From: Lama guanicoe
Lineage: Eukaryota
NCBI GenBank assembly: GCA_013239625.1
Contig: MU054001.1
Location: forward strand, 4,070,167-4,134,166
DNA: 64,000 bases
Reading direction: 5' to 3'
The notes under the pieces are model-generated. The model worked only from the letters and a program-made list of their open reading frames with translations, was not told the DNA's origin and did not search any database. Of the stretch, positions 35,657-47,930 are shown one piece after another (position 1 is the stretch's first letter; each line of letters opens with the position of its first letter). The position numbers and the translations under genes are program-made.

Positions 35657-38600
35657 GATACAGGATCTGAATTAACACTGATACTCAAGGAACTGAAGTG
35701 GTATTATGCCCCCCACCATGAGAGAGGGACATAGGAGGCAGCAATAAATGGTATCCTGGCCCACATCTGATTCACAGTGAGTTCGCTGAATCCCTAGACA
35801 CATCCAACAGTCACTTCCCCAGCCCCAGCTGTGGAATGGGAATAGACAGTCACCTGGCTGCTACAACCTTCACAATGGCTTATGGGGTAAGAGCTATCAC
35901 AGTGGTCAAGGCCAAGTGAGAAGCCTCTGACACCACCCTCCCTTTCTAGGCAAGGACAGTAAATCAAAAACAATGTCACAGCCCAAGGAGAACAGCAGAG
36001 GTCAGTACCCTTAAAACCTGAGAGTGTGTAGCCTCTATCCTATTCCCGTTTAATTCACTAGTCTAGCATCTAAATAACAGGCGGATCCTGGACGATGACA
36101 GTGAACAATTGTAAACTCAAGGTAAGTAGGGGGTGGCTCAAGAGGTAGAGAACATGCTTAGCACGCACAGGGTCCTGGGTTCAATCCCCAGTACCTCCTC
36201 TAAAATTAATAAATAAGCAAACCAAATTGCCTCCCCCCCAAAAATAAAATTTTTTTTAATTATAAAAACAAACAAAAAAATTGTAAACCAAGCACTTAGC
36301 AGCCTCCATCACAGGTGCTGACTGACGTGCAATCCTCTACACACAGTCCTTAGTACTGTACGTGGCATGTGGCCATTGATCTGGCAAATACATTCTTTTC
36401 CGTTCCTTTCAGGAAAAGGATCAGTGATGTTTCCCATTCACAGGAGAAAAGCAACAGTATACATTTACAGTCTTCCCAGGGCTACGGTAATTCTCCTGCT
36501 CTCTCTCATAACCTAGTCCAAAGAGACCTGGACTGGCTGGGCATCCCACAGAGCGTCACAATGGTCTCCTGTACCAAAGACATCATGCTAATTGGATGAG
36601 CAAGCAGTGGTGAGTATTCTGGAGGCCTTGTTAAGATAAACTTATTTCAGAGAATGAGATACAAACCTTATGTCACTTCAGGGTGCTGCCACATTAGTGA
36701 AGTTTTTAAGAGTCCAGTGGTCTGGGACATCCCCTCCAAAGTTAAATAAGTAAATTATTTCAACTTGCACCTCCCACCACAAAGGATAATATCTGGGAGG
36801 CCACTCCAGACTCTGGAGGCAGCATATTCCATACCTAGGAATATTGCTCCCCTCCATATACCACAGGGCGCGTGTCTGCTAGCTTAAAGTGGAACCCAGA
36901 GCAGAAAAATGCTTTGCAGCAGGTCCAGGCTTTAGTGTAAACAGGCCTGCCGTTTGGGTCATATGACCCAGCAGACACTGTGGTATTAGAGGTATTTATG
37001 GTATTAGAGGCGTATTTCGGGGAAAGATGCCATGTGGAGTTCATAGCAAGCCTCAAGAGAAGAGCAAGAATGTAATATGTGCAGCAGAAAATTACATACC
37101 TTTTATAAAACAGCTCCTGGAGTGCTACTGAGCCGTGCTTAGGCGATGGACCGTCTGACCTTGGGGCATCAAGTGGCCACGCAGCCCGTCATGAGCTGAC
37201 TTCCATCAGACCCACCAAGTCAAGAGGTTGGCCAGGCCCAACAGCGATTCATCATACGCTAGAAGTGGAGCACCCAGGATCAGGAACAAGCAAGGCCTGG
37301 AGGTACAGGAAGCTGCATGACTGGGGAGCCCATGCGCCCACGTGATCCACCAGGGTTGCACTGGTCCCTCTCCTGCGGCCCCCACCAATGGCTTCATGGG
37401 TGCGGGAAGACTTACGACCAGCTGATGGAAGAGGGTCAAGCCCAAACCTAGTTGGCAGGTGGGTCATTTCAGTATGTGGTATAAGCCAAACACGGACTGT
37501 TGCTACTCTGCAGCCTTGAAAGACAGTGTTGAGGGGAAATCTCCCCAGTGGCAGAGCTTTGGATGGTGTGCCTGATCATTCCACTGGCACAGGAAGAGAA
37601 CTAGCCTGAGGTTAGATTTTACATGGATCCATGGGCAGTGGTGAGTGACTTGGCTCTTTGGTCAGAGGCCTTAAAGGAGAAAGAACTGAAGATTGATGTC
37701 AAGGAGGTCTGGGGAAGAGGGATGTGATAGATATGTGAGAGTGAGTATAAAGTGTAAAGATGTTTGCAGCTCGTGTTAACTCCCATTAGAGAGCATCTAC
37801 CATAGAAGAGGACTGAACAATCAAGCAGACAGAATAACTTGACCAGTCGATGTCAGCCAGTCTCTGTCGCTGTCCGCCAGTCTCTGTCGCTGTCCACCCA
37901 AAGCTTGTAAAATGGTCTCATGAAGGGAGTAGCCATAGTGGCAGGGATGAAAGCTATTTGGCAGCCAAAAAACATGAGCTTCCACTCTTCAAGGTGGATC
38001 TAGCTACTGCTACTGCAGAATGTCCAGTCTGCCAGCGACAGAGACCAACATTGAGCCTTCAATATGACAGCATTCCTTGAAAAGACCAACCAGTCACTTG
38101 GTGACAAGTGGCCTACACTAGACTCCTCTACCCTGGAGGAGTCTTCAAATCTTCTTGGCTGAAATCAGTACACATTCTGAATATGAATTTGCCTTTCCTA
38201 CCTGCAGGGTCCCTGTCAGCAACGCTATCCCAGGATTCACAGATTGGTTTGATCTACTAACATGGGATCTTATATGACATTGCCTCAGCTCAGGAAACCC
38301 ACTTCACAGCAAAGGAGGTGCAGCAATGAGTCAAAGACCGCAGGATCCCTGTCACATACTGCATCAGTCAGAAGCTGCTGGCATGAGACCTGTAGCTGAG
38401 ATGCCAGCTTGGAGTTCACATCCCGGGAGGATGGCGCACCATCCTTCAGGATGAATATAAACTTGAAAGCAATGATCACTATGCATGGAATTCTCAACAG
38501 ATAAAGTAGCTGAGTCCAGGAACCATAGAGGGAAGTAGGAGTGGCCCAATGACTGCCATTCCTCATAACCCAACTGGAGAATTTGAGTTTCCCATTTCCT

Positions 38601-38900
38601 CAACTTTAGACTTTGCGGATATAGAAGTTCTGATTCCCAGCAGGGGGATGCTCCCAGCAGGGGACACAGTAAGAATCTCATTAAACTTAAAGTGATGGCC
38701 ATCACCTGGTTACTTCAGTTTCCTTTGGCCATGAGGCCAGCAGACAGGGAGATGAGTCACTGTACTAGCAAGGGGATTTCACTGATAGCAGGAGGATGTA
38801 GAGCTGCCATTACACAATGAAGGCAGAGAACCCAGGTAATCTACTGAGTCTCTTAGTATCTCCCTGCCCAATTCCGATAGCAAATGGACAAACACAGTAA
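35657..38900 (+). pseudogene. ERV-L pro/pol/dUTPase pseudogene
   Basis: Domains in the expected ERV-L order; RT catalytic YIDD decayed to CTKD (VSCTKDIML). Confidence 0.85.
36122..36278 (+). mobile_element. tRNA-derived camelid SINE inserted in ERV RT
   Basis: ggctcaagaggtagagaacatgcttagcacgcacagggtcctgggttcaatccccagtacctcc; TSD AATTGTAAAC(T)CAAG at ~36107 and ~36279. Confidence 0.9.
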
Positions 38901-39245
38901 CTCTGGCTTGAGAAGAAATGATGACCAGGGGTTCAGCCCCTCAGGGGCCAGAGTCAGGGTCACTCCAGCAGGAAAGCCACCTTGAGCAGCAGAGGTGCTA
39001 ACAGAGGATGAAATGAACATACAATGGATAGGAAATGAACATGAGTGGATAGCAGAGATGATGATGAGATCCTGGTACAGCCTCAAGACCAGCTGTGGTG
39101 ACAGGGGCTACAGTTTGTCCCACTAACCTTTTTTTTGTAATTTTCTCTGGGAAAAGAGACCAACCAGAATCCTGAAGGAACTGCCCCCAGATGTGGTGAA
39201 TTTACTGTAAGAAACAAGTGGATCTAGGCAGCACAAGGGGTGAAC

Positions 39246-39690
39246 TGTAGTGGATGCTGTAGTCAGCTGCCCAGATCCCCGTAAGGACAGAAGCACTCAC
39301 TCCCCTGACTGCCACAAGTGTTGGCTGCAGGTGGTCCACAGTTGACTCTTCTCTGGGACTTGACTTTTGTCAAACAGAGCTGCCTCACCCAAAGCCATGG
39401 CCCTCTCCTGGAGGCAGCCTTCAGCCAATGACTGGGCCATGATGGGTACAAAGACCTGCAACCTCGTCTTGGCTGAGGACAAGTCTGAAAGGTCATTCCA
39501 GCTCCAGCATGCCCAGTAGAGATCAGCTGAGGTCTCTGCCCACTTACATCACAGTTCAACCTCTCTCTTTGCTCAACGCTGCTTCCCTCCCTCCCTCCCT
39601 CACAGGTAGTGCTCCCGAGAGCACTTCCCAATAAACTTGCCACTTACAAATCTCTGTCTCCAAGTTTGCTTCCTGGGAAATCAAATCCCA
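39246..39690 (+). mobile_element. LTR16-type 3' LTR of the ERV-L
   Basis: Purine tract aaggggtgaac then tgtagtggatgctgt; agccaatga; cccaataaac; ends tttgcttcctgggaaa. Confidence 0.85.
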
Positions 39691-39699
39691 GTGGATTAA

Positions 39700-40165
39700 A
39701 TGGTAAAAATGGATACTCTGTGATTTATTCTTAAATGGAATTCCATACAGATCTGAAAAGGAATGAATCAGAACTAGATAGATCAAGAAAAATCTCAAAA
39801 AATTTAAAAGCATAAACTTATGTGAAAAAGCAAGATATTAAAAGATATGAACACGTAAAACTTTTAGACTCAAGAGACAATATTATATGCCATTTATTGC
39901 TGGACAAAACTGTGATAAAGATATAAAAACATGGGCTGGCTCACCAAGTTCATCAACAGTGGCAGTTTCTGGGGAAGGGAGGAAAAGAATGAACACAAAT
40001 CGTCTTCCAAAAGGACTTTCATGCTTTAGTGATAGATCTTTTTTTTCTAAATTTGAAGCAGAGAGAACAAAAGTTTGTCATATGTTAGTTCTGAGTGGTG
40101 GATATATTGAGAACTGTCATACTGATTCACTATAACTTTTTGTATTAAAATTTTTTCTGAGCTTA
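39700..40165 (+). mobile_element. L1ME-like 3' end
   Basis: aaaggaatgaatcagaactagat...aatctcaaaa...gtgaaaaagcaag. Confidence 0.65.
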
Positions 40166-40699
40166 AAAAAAACTTCAATACAGTATGATCAATCTCCTGA
40201 AACAGGTATGAAGGTGTGTGGTGTTCTCATGATAGAACAAGCGATCTTTGTCTCTGGGGCATCAAGAAAGAAAGAATCTATCAGGTGGAAACCTAAGGAC
40301 AGAATTCTAGCCCCAAGGAATGTCGAAGCCCAGCAAATGCCCCAAGACCAAAACAGCAGGGCCACTGGGTGCACCCAAAACAAAAGGCATGAGGAAAACA
40401 ATGATGTATGAGGCGGAACAGACAGAAAGGAGCCGATCGGGCTGAGCCTTAAACACACACATAAGTATTCTAGATCCAGGGCAACCTTGGTTCTTCCAGG
40501 AGATGCAGCCCTGTTCTGGGGACCTCACACAGGCACACTGGAGACTCTACAAAGAATAAATACTAAATTGTGCAAAATGTGGCCACGTCTGGCCTAGATT
40601 GTACACTTTCCTGTATCTGATGTCCTATAATAAAGACACCAAATAACATACTCTATTGACATAATGAACCACTTTGAGCCATGAGCCTGTGGTCAGGCC

Positions 40700-40910
40700 A
40701 AGCAGAGTTCATCGTCAGGCTCCAGCATCAACTACCCGACCGGCCCTGAGCAATACGGTGACCTCTCTGAGCCTCCATTTCTGCATCTGTAAACTACAGG
40801 CGACAATAGGCATTCATGTGGGGCATCTGGGAAGACACAGTGAGACAACCTACACAGCGTGCTCAGCCGAGTGCCCCACACAGAGCAAGCCCTCCACGGA
40901 TGTCAACCTC
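40700..40910 (+). mobile_element. MIR SINE
   Basis: gacctctctgagcctccatttctgcatctgtaaa. Confidence 0.7.
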
Positions 40911-41964
40911 CTCGTCACCAGGAAGGACCCTCCCAGGGCCTCCCGCCACGTGCCCTGCCCAAGGAGAAGTCAGTCTGCCTCGGGAATTAGTGAGGAAAGG
41001 GGCCCTTCCTAGGCAGTCCCCAAATTCCTCGCTCCTCAAACAGGACAGGATAAAAGAGTTCCTTAATTAGTACCACAAAGACTTTTCCACAGAGAAAGAA
41101 ATAGAACTTCTAAATTAAAGGCAGATTTCTCTGCAGGAGGGGCAGCTGGCCTGGAGTCGGAGCCCAGCTGCTGAGCCATTTTCCAGGAGGGAGGCCAGGG
41201 TGGAGAGAGTGCTGTCTGGGGAGTTCGTGCACCCCACCCGAACTCGCTAAGGGACCTCCTGTTTGTTGTCTGATGGGCGCCCTATGGGTGGGCGGCAGCA
41301 CCAGTGTTGCATGGCCCTATCGCCAGCTGCAGCTTGGCCTGGCTGGTTCACTTGATGGAACCCCCAGGGAACAAGACAGGGTCTCAGAGAGTCCAGTCCA
41401 GCAGGTAGGCAGAGCTCTGACTCAGGAAGTTATAACCTCTGCAGGGGCATTGGGTGAATCTGCAGGCACTGGTTTCAGTACATCAAGGTGGGCTCCCGTA
41501 GGAGTAGGTACCAGTCAGAGACCCCCTGAGAGGTCTCCCGGTGCATGGCTGGGCCTCTTGAATGGCCCCTAGCCTGAGAAAAGACCGGGGACCCCAAAGA
41601 CAGGTGTAGCTTTCAGAATGATTAGGAGCCCATGGTTAGGACTAGATAAGCATTCAATCATCCACTTACATGTGTTCATGCATTCATTTGTCAAGAAGTG
41701 ATTGGGAGCCTTGCGACATGCCCCCAGGGCCCAGAGACTCAACAGTGGCACAGTCCGGCCTCCTGGAGGTCCCTGTGAAGTGATGCATAAAGCTTGACTT
41801 GCATGCAGGCTGCTACAGAGCTGGGTTTCTCCAGACCCTCCCATCTCAGGCCGCCTCTGCCCCTGGGCCTGGTGAGGGTCTATGCCAGATGGTCCCAGCT
41901 TGGGGGAGGACAGGCCTCCAGGGGACAAAGCCAGGCAGATTTCAGGTGAAATGCTCACCTCACA

Positions 41965-42660
41965 TAGTGGAAATGCTGGTTCAAAAGTCCACCCTTGGCC
42001 CCTAATGAAATCACTGATTCAGGCAAGGATTATCAATTGACGTGTTAAAATCATTAGATGAATTCTTGATGCACTAGTGGACATTCGAATTATGCAAAGA
42101 AAGACCTCACAGATTTCCTTCTGGGTCAGGAGGAAGAAACTGAATGGCTCCAGGAGTCAGTCTTGTACCTACAGTGGGACCACCAGAAATCATGTGTCTC
42201 CTCAAGAAATGTAGTTGGAAGTGCTCAGCATCTCCCATGGTATGTTCCAGCCAAAAAATGTTTACCTGAGTCCATCAAACTTCAGATCTGACTTCCAGTT
42301 CACAGGATGTAAAGGGGAGAAAGGAACAAGGAAGATTATGACAAAAGGAAGCCACCACACTAATCCAGAAAGCAGGCTTTTCTGCTGGGTGATAGTGCCA
42401 CTCTCTTCAACCTGCCACAATAAGGGCACTGTGCCAGGTGGAAAGTGATGGAAGGGACATCAGGCCAGAGGCACTGCCAGGTCCTGGACAGGATTCTGCT
42501 TTGGACAAACCAGCTAAACCTCATTGCTAAAACACAGCTCCCCTCACTAAATATGGGCCAGGTATAAGATGATATTGAGAAATAATTACTTACTTTGTTA
42601 AGTGGGATAGTGTTGTTTTAGCTCGGTAGGAAACACTCTGGTTTTTAAAAGATGCACACT
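41965..42660 (+). mobile_element. Old L1 (L1MC/ME-like) 3' region
   Basis: aatgaaatcactgattcaggcaaggattatcaat...gccaaaaaatgtttacctgagtc...gatgatattgagaaataatt. Confidence 0.6.
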
Positions 42661-42697
42661 TGAATAATAAAATAACTCCAGAATGTTCATAGTTGCT

Positions 42698-43291
42698 TGT
42701 GGTAGACAGAATTCTGAAACAGCCTCCAAGATTCCCTGGTATACATGCCTTGAGTGTGCGTATGATGTGATATCATTCCTGTGATTATGTGGTGAAGGTG
42801 AAAGGATTTTTCAGATATTCCTAATCAGCTGACTTTAAATTAATCAAAGGAGAGATTATCCTGGGTGGGCCTGACCTAATCAGGTGAGCCCTTTAAAAGA
42901 GAGTCTAGAGGTCAGAGATGGAAGAAGGCAGAGAGATTTGAAGCTGCAGAAGATATGCCCCTGTCGGCCTTGAAGAAGCAAACTGCCACCTTGTGGTGAG
43001 GGCCACGTGGCAGGGAATGGAAAGTGACCCCGGAGAGCTGAGAACTTCAGTCCAACAATCACAAGGAACTAAATTCCAACAATTCTATAAACTTAGTAGA
43101 GAACCCTGGGATTAAGATAAGACCCCAGTCCTTCAGACACTTTGATTCCAACAAGGTAAGACCCTGAGCAGAGGACACCTCTAACCCCTGCCTGGACACC
43201 TGACCTACAGAAACTGTGAAATGATACATTGGAGTTATTTTAAGCCACTAAATTTATGGCAATTTGTGATGCAGCCATTGAAAACTAACAT
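42698..43291 (+). mobile_element. MLT1E-like MaLR LTR
   Basis: tgtggtagacagaattct...ggagattatcctgggtgggcctgacctaatcaggtgagccctttaaaag...ttttaagccactaaatttatggcaatttg...aaactaaca. Confidence 0.9.
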
Positions 43292-43292
43292 A

Positions 43293-43770
43293 CTTCTTTA
43301 TTCATAATAGCCAAAAGCTAGAAATAGCCATCAGCCAGAGATTAGATAAACAAACTCTGATATAGTCACACAGTGGAATAATACTCAGTAATAAAAAGGA
43401 ATGAACATACATGTAACAACTTGGATGAATCTCAAAAACATTACGCTGAGCAAAAGAAACCAGACACAAAAAGACTGTGAGATTGCGAGTCTCTGTTTAA
43501 ATTCCGTGATTCCGTTTACGTGATATTTAAGAGCCAGCCAAAATTAATCTATGGCAATAGAAATCAGAACTGTAGTCACCTGTGTGTGGGAGTGGGGAGG
43601 ATTCACTGGAAAGGAGCATAAGAAACTTTCTGGGGTGATGAAAATGTTTTACATCTTTATTAGGGTATGGCTTTTACATGAATGGTACACGCTTGTGAAA
43701 ACTCATCAAACTATATACATAAGATCATACATTTTAATGTATGTAAGTTATTCTTCAGTTTTAAAATACT
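43293..43770 (+). mobile_element. L1MC/ME-like 3' end
   Basis: tttattcataatagccaaaa...ggatgaatctcaaaaacattacgctgagcaaaagaaaccagacacaaaa. Confidence 0.85.
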
Positions 43771-43879
43771 AATTCTACCCTGGGTGTTTAGAGGTTGGCA
43801 GATGGTTCTTCCTGAATCTGGGGGCAAGAGAGCAGTAGGCAGAGGGGATAATTCTTCAGTATACTCACACTCATGTGTT

Positions 43880-43929
43880 TGCGCGCACACACACACACAC
43901 GCGCACACACGCATGCACGCACGCACACA
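43880..43929. repeat. (CA/CG)n microsatellite
   Basis: Direct. Confidence 0.85.
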
Positions 43930-44959
43930 GATGGCCGCACTCCAGGCCAAGGAAGGTTCCCCTTTGCCCTTTGCCTCGTTTAATGTGGAGAAGGCAGCTG
44001 CCTCCCAGCTCCCAGGTCACTGCTCTGTGTGTCCGCCTGTCAAGATAAGAAGGCAAAGGCAGATGCTGCTAATTACCTGGCCTTTCAAGTGGTCCCGCAG
44101 CCTCACATCTGGCTCCATCTCCAACATCCAGCTTGAGCCAATAAAAGCCAAATAAAATCACAAAGGGCTAATTTGGTGGTCAGGGCTCCAACAGGCTGCA
44201 CATGGGAGGGGCACGGGATGAGGACACGGCTGGGAGCGTGGGGCAATAGAGAAGCCTGGCTGACCAGGCCAGCAGGGCAGAGAAGGCGAGAATGACATCC
44301 TCTCCTCCTGGCAAACCGCTTCTGTTCTGGCCAAGCCTGGAGCAGGTCCTGGGCGAACATTTGCAGGTTGGATTTGTTTTACGGAGCAGCCGAGGAGGGA
44401 GACACCGTCTGCCATGCCAGCCAGCAGCCAAAGCCAGCACCATCTTGGGAGGTTCACGCCAGACGGCAGGTGTGGAAACGCCAAACGTACGCCCCAGAGT
44501 TCCAGTGGCCTCCCCTCCCCGGGAACCAGGTTGTGGGAGAACAGGAACCTGTATCCCAAACATTGCTTGAGGAAGACCTCCCCCAGGAACCAGCTGGGGC
44601 TGGGCAGAGTGCACAGGCATCTAGCACGTGAGGGACTTGTGAAAAGCCCTCATCCCATGGCCCTGTCACTTTGTCTGAAATCTTGCCATCGAAAAGAGGC
44701 ATTTCTTTGAGATACAAAGGCTTTTATGGCTCCCTTATTAAAATGCAAGTCCTGGGGAGATGTCACCCCTTAAGTCTGTTATCTTGGGAAGTGACATTCT
44801 TCAGTCTTGGAGGAGAGAGGCAGTAGATGGAGGAGAAAGATCAGTGAGATCTCTGAGAGATGGGCCTCAGTTTCCCTATCTGAGACCATGAAACCGGACG
44901 ACCCTTTAGATTAAAGAGAAAAGGTAAGTCTGGGCCCCCACCCCTATCTCTGCCTCCTT

Positions 44960-45292
44960 GATCAAAGGTTGTAAGCGGGCAGGCCTGGAAGCCAGATTCA
45001 GCCAGCGGACATGTTTGGCTTGGACTGTAGAGTGTTTGAAGAGAATTTGGGCCAACATTTGAAAATGGAGATTTCACATTTTTAAAATGCCAAATGGCTT
45101 GCTTCTTTTGGGAAATGGGAAGCACTGAGGGCACTGGGCCCCCATTCCCACATGGCAAAAATCGTTCTGCAATAAGGCCAGCTGTCCCATTTAGACAGGA
45201 CCTCCTGTCTCCAGTTTGCCTCAGTCCTCACCACTCCTCAGTGTTTGCCCCAGCTCACTTGGCCCATTTCCTTGATTTGCCTGACCCTTGCA
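44960..45292 (+). mobile_element. MER102-like hAT-Charlie fossil
   Basis: gccaacatttgaaaatggagatttcacat...cactgggccccattccccacatggcaa...tttagacagg...caccactcc. Confidence 0.8.
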
Positions 45293-45439
45293 AGCATCCA
45301 AATTGGCAAGTCCTCTGGATGGTCCTGGCTGGCAGCCCCTCACAACACAGTGGACTGGTGACCCCTGGCCCCATGCTCCCCATGGGCATGTAAACACTGT
45401 TCCACTCCCTCTTTGGAGAGCCAGAATAGAACTGGGCAG

Positions 45440-45930
45440 AGTGTGATGCTGTGAGTCCTTTGAAGGCGATGCCGTGGGATTATTTTGCTAAACATAAAAA
45501 ACCAAAAGGCAGCAGGGCCACTGATGTGTTTTTGCAAATTCCAGCAAATTAAAAAAATGTGTGTGCAGAATTCAACTGGGGGCCAGGGCCTGGCTTTCAT
45601 GAAAGAATAAATTGTTGGCCAAGACAAAGCAGCAGATTAACTTTTACGGAATATGTTTCTCTCCAGGATGCAGCTCCCACGAGCAGGCTCCTCATGTCTG
45701 TGACGAGAGATGCCGCTTCAGCCTTTATCTGCAGCCAGTCGAGCTGCCGAGGCCAGCGGCAAGCCTGTAGTAGGACTTTAAATGGCTTGGCAGCAAATGT
45801 CAAAACTGTTTGATCTGCTTTTAGAAAATCACCTTTCAAGGCACTGGAAGATACTTGACACTTTGCAAAGAGATTAGAAACTTTTCAGCTGACTTGGAAA
45901 AAGGGGCCAGGCAAGTCTGATTCCAGTGGA
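45440..45930. promoter_or_regulatory. Candidate enhancer block
   Basis: Repeat-free; CTTTGAAG 45458, GGATTA, CATAAAA, TTTTACG, TAAACA. Confidence 0.45.
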
Positions 45931-46669
45931 AGCAGGAAGGGGCTCCCGGGGTACACGGGGCCAGTAAGCCAGTAGCCAGTGGCTTCACTTTAAAGGGAAG
46001 AGCCAGCTCCCAGCATGGCCTCAACTTCCAGCACCTGCCCTTGGCCTCTGAGATGGTTCCCCAAGAGCTTTCCTTTCTGAACTCTCAGGGAGAGAAGCCA
46101 GCTGCAGGCAGGGTTGATGTTCAAAGTAACTACTGGTAAGCTGTGGACATCAGCATTCAGCCGACTGCCTGTAGCCTGCCCCACTGACCCAGCCCGCCAG
46201 CCGGTCTGGAGGCGATGGATAGATGTGCAGAACTCAGGGCAGGGCCTGGGCTGGCTGCACAGAAGAAGGAAACTGGATCAGTCAACACAGGTGACTTGAG
46301 ACACGCTGAGAAGGTTCATGCAGCTGTCGTCACCGCCCTCTCTTCCTTCCGTGTCCTCTCCTGACTGTTCTTCCTTGTCGCGCCCAGTCCCTCCGCTGCC
46401 CTGAAACTGCATGAGCAACCACTTGCATTGCTGCAATTGCTTTGCAACTGGGCCCCTTCCTCTGCCCTCCTTCACACTGTGCAAGGCCACCAGGATTATC
46501 CTAGAGCATTCTGCAGCTCCTAAGTCACCTACGAGACCAAAATCCTGGCATTCAAACTTCCACAGTCTTCCCCTAATAACAGGGACTACTGTGGCTTGCT
46601 CTAGTTCAGCATATGAACACATATGTCAAGTGTTTTCTACAGTTTAACTAATTTAATACAACTTCTTTC

Positions 46670-46800
46670 TTATTGGCCACATTTTACAGCTGAGGAAATT
46701 GAGGCTTAAAAATTAATTGGTTTACCTGAGGCCACAGAGCTAGTAAATGGGACTCAAACTTGGATCTCCCTGACCTAAAACCATGCACAGTACCATCAGG
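46670..46800 (-). mobile_element. MIR SINE
   Basis: cattttacagctgaggaaattgaggcttaaaa...gccacagagctagtaaatgg. Confidence 0.75.
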
Positions 46801-47237
46801 CCATACACATGCTCCCTCTCCCCATAAAACATTGTCAGAAAAGCCCCATTTTCTAAAACCAGGGCAACGATTGGTGAAATCTCTAATAGGCTGCACCCAC
46901 ATACCACCAGCTGCCCATCTCCACAGTGAGTGGATCTGTGTTACTACAGGAAATAATGCTATAAAAATGTGGGCTAATAGTAGGAACTATGGAATGAGGA
47001 GTTATTCAGAAAAAAGGATCCTTCTGGCATCATATGAGGATCCCCCCACCCACGTCAGGTCAGCCCTTTTCAGAAAGCTATGCACACTGTCAGAAGCCAG
47101 TAGGAAGAAATCTAAGTCAGGGGATTAGAGAAATGGATTCCATCCCTATTTCTAAAGCTAAATTAGTTGTATGACATTGGGCAACCCCTGCATCTGAGTT
47201 TCCTTATGTATAAAGGAATTATAGCACTTCCTGCTTT

Positions 47238-47642
47238 ACTAGTCAGGATAGGAGAGATGGTGCTGCAGTGACAAACAAGCCCAAAATTTCAGTGGTTTGC
47301 CACAGCATAGGTTTCTTTCTTGTATGCATTATATGTATGTGGTCAGCAAAGAACTGTGCTCTACTCTAGTGCTCATCCCTCAGGGACCCAAGGTGACAAA
47401 GATTCCTCAATCTGTAACCTACAACCAGCATCTCAAGTTCCCTGCAGCAGGTGTAGAGAGGGCTAGAGAGTGAAGCACAGCAGTTAATTACCATGATGTA
47501 TGTCATTTCTGTTTACATTCCATTGGGCAGAACTTGCCACAGTTTCCCTGCCCAACTTCACAAAGTTTTGGAATCATAATCCTGTCTACCAAGAAGCAGG
47601 TAAGAAGTGGATTTGAATGAGCATTAGCCATGTTCACCACAC
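47238..47642 (-). mobile_element. Old MLT1 MaLR LTR within a MIR
   Basis: tagtcaggatagg...tgctgcagtgacaaacaagcccaaaatttcagtggttt...catttctgtttacattccattgggcagaact. Confidence 0.7.
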
Positions 47643-47719
47643 TTGCCTCTCAGGTTGCTGTCAGCATCAAATGAGTTCCCAAGGAAAGGTGACTAGGGAA
47701 CCAGCTTAAGCTATGATTC

Positions 47720-47930
47720 TGATCCCAGATGGACACAAGTTCAAGTCCTGGTTCCAGGAAGCTGCATGTGATCTTAGGAAAATTACTAAACCCCTCAGTT
47801 TCCAGTTTCTCATCTGTGAAATGAGGATATTAATACCTACCTCATAGAGCATTAAGAAAGTGAAATAAGATAATGTATGAAGTACTCTGAGTATAGCCCT
47901 TAGCAAGTTGTCAATCAATGGTTGGTTGAT
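47720..47930 (+). mobile_element. MIR SINE
   Basis: ctcagtttccagtttctcatctgtgaaatgaggatattaatacctacctcatagag. Confidence 0.85.

Larger units (their letters stand above)
34520..39245 (+). mobile_element. Degenerate ERV-L (HERV16/ERV3-16A3-like) internal region: gag-pro-pol-dUTPase
   Basis: gag VEEGIRTLTDFGILEWIYY (~34935); protease DTGSELTLI (35657); RT AIDLANTFFSVP and QGYGNSPALSHNLVQRDLD (36369-36599); RNase H EVRFYMDPWAV (~37610); integrase HHCC and HGILYDIASAQETHFTAKEV (37900-38330); dUTPase IEVLIPSRGMLPAGDT (38618); many stops and frameshifts. Confidence 0.9.

Noticed and set aside
36369..38080. RT and integrase ORFs as a possible domesticated retroviral gene
   Set aside because: Only ~76-aa open stretches, catalytic YIDD lost, a SINE inserted in RT and many stops.
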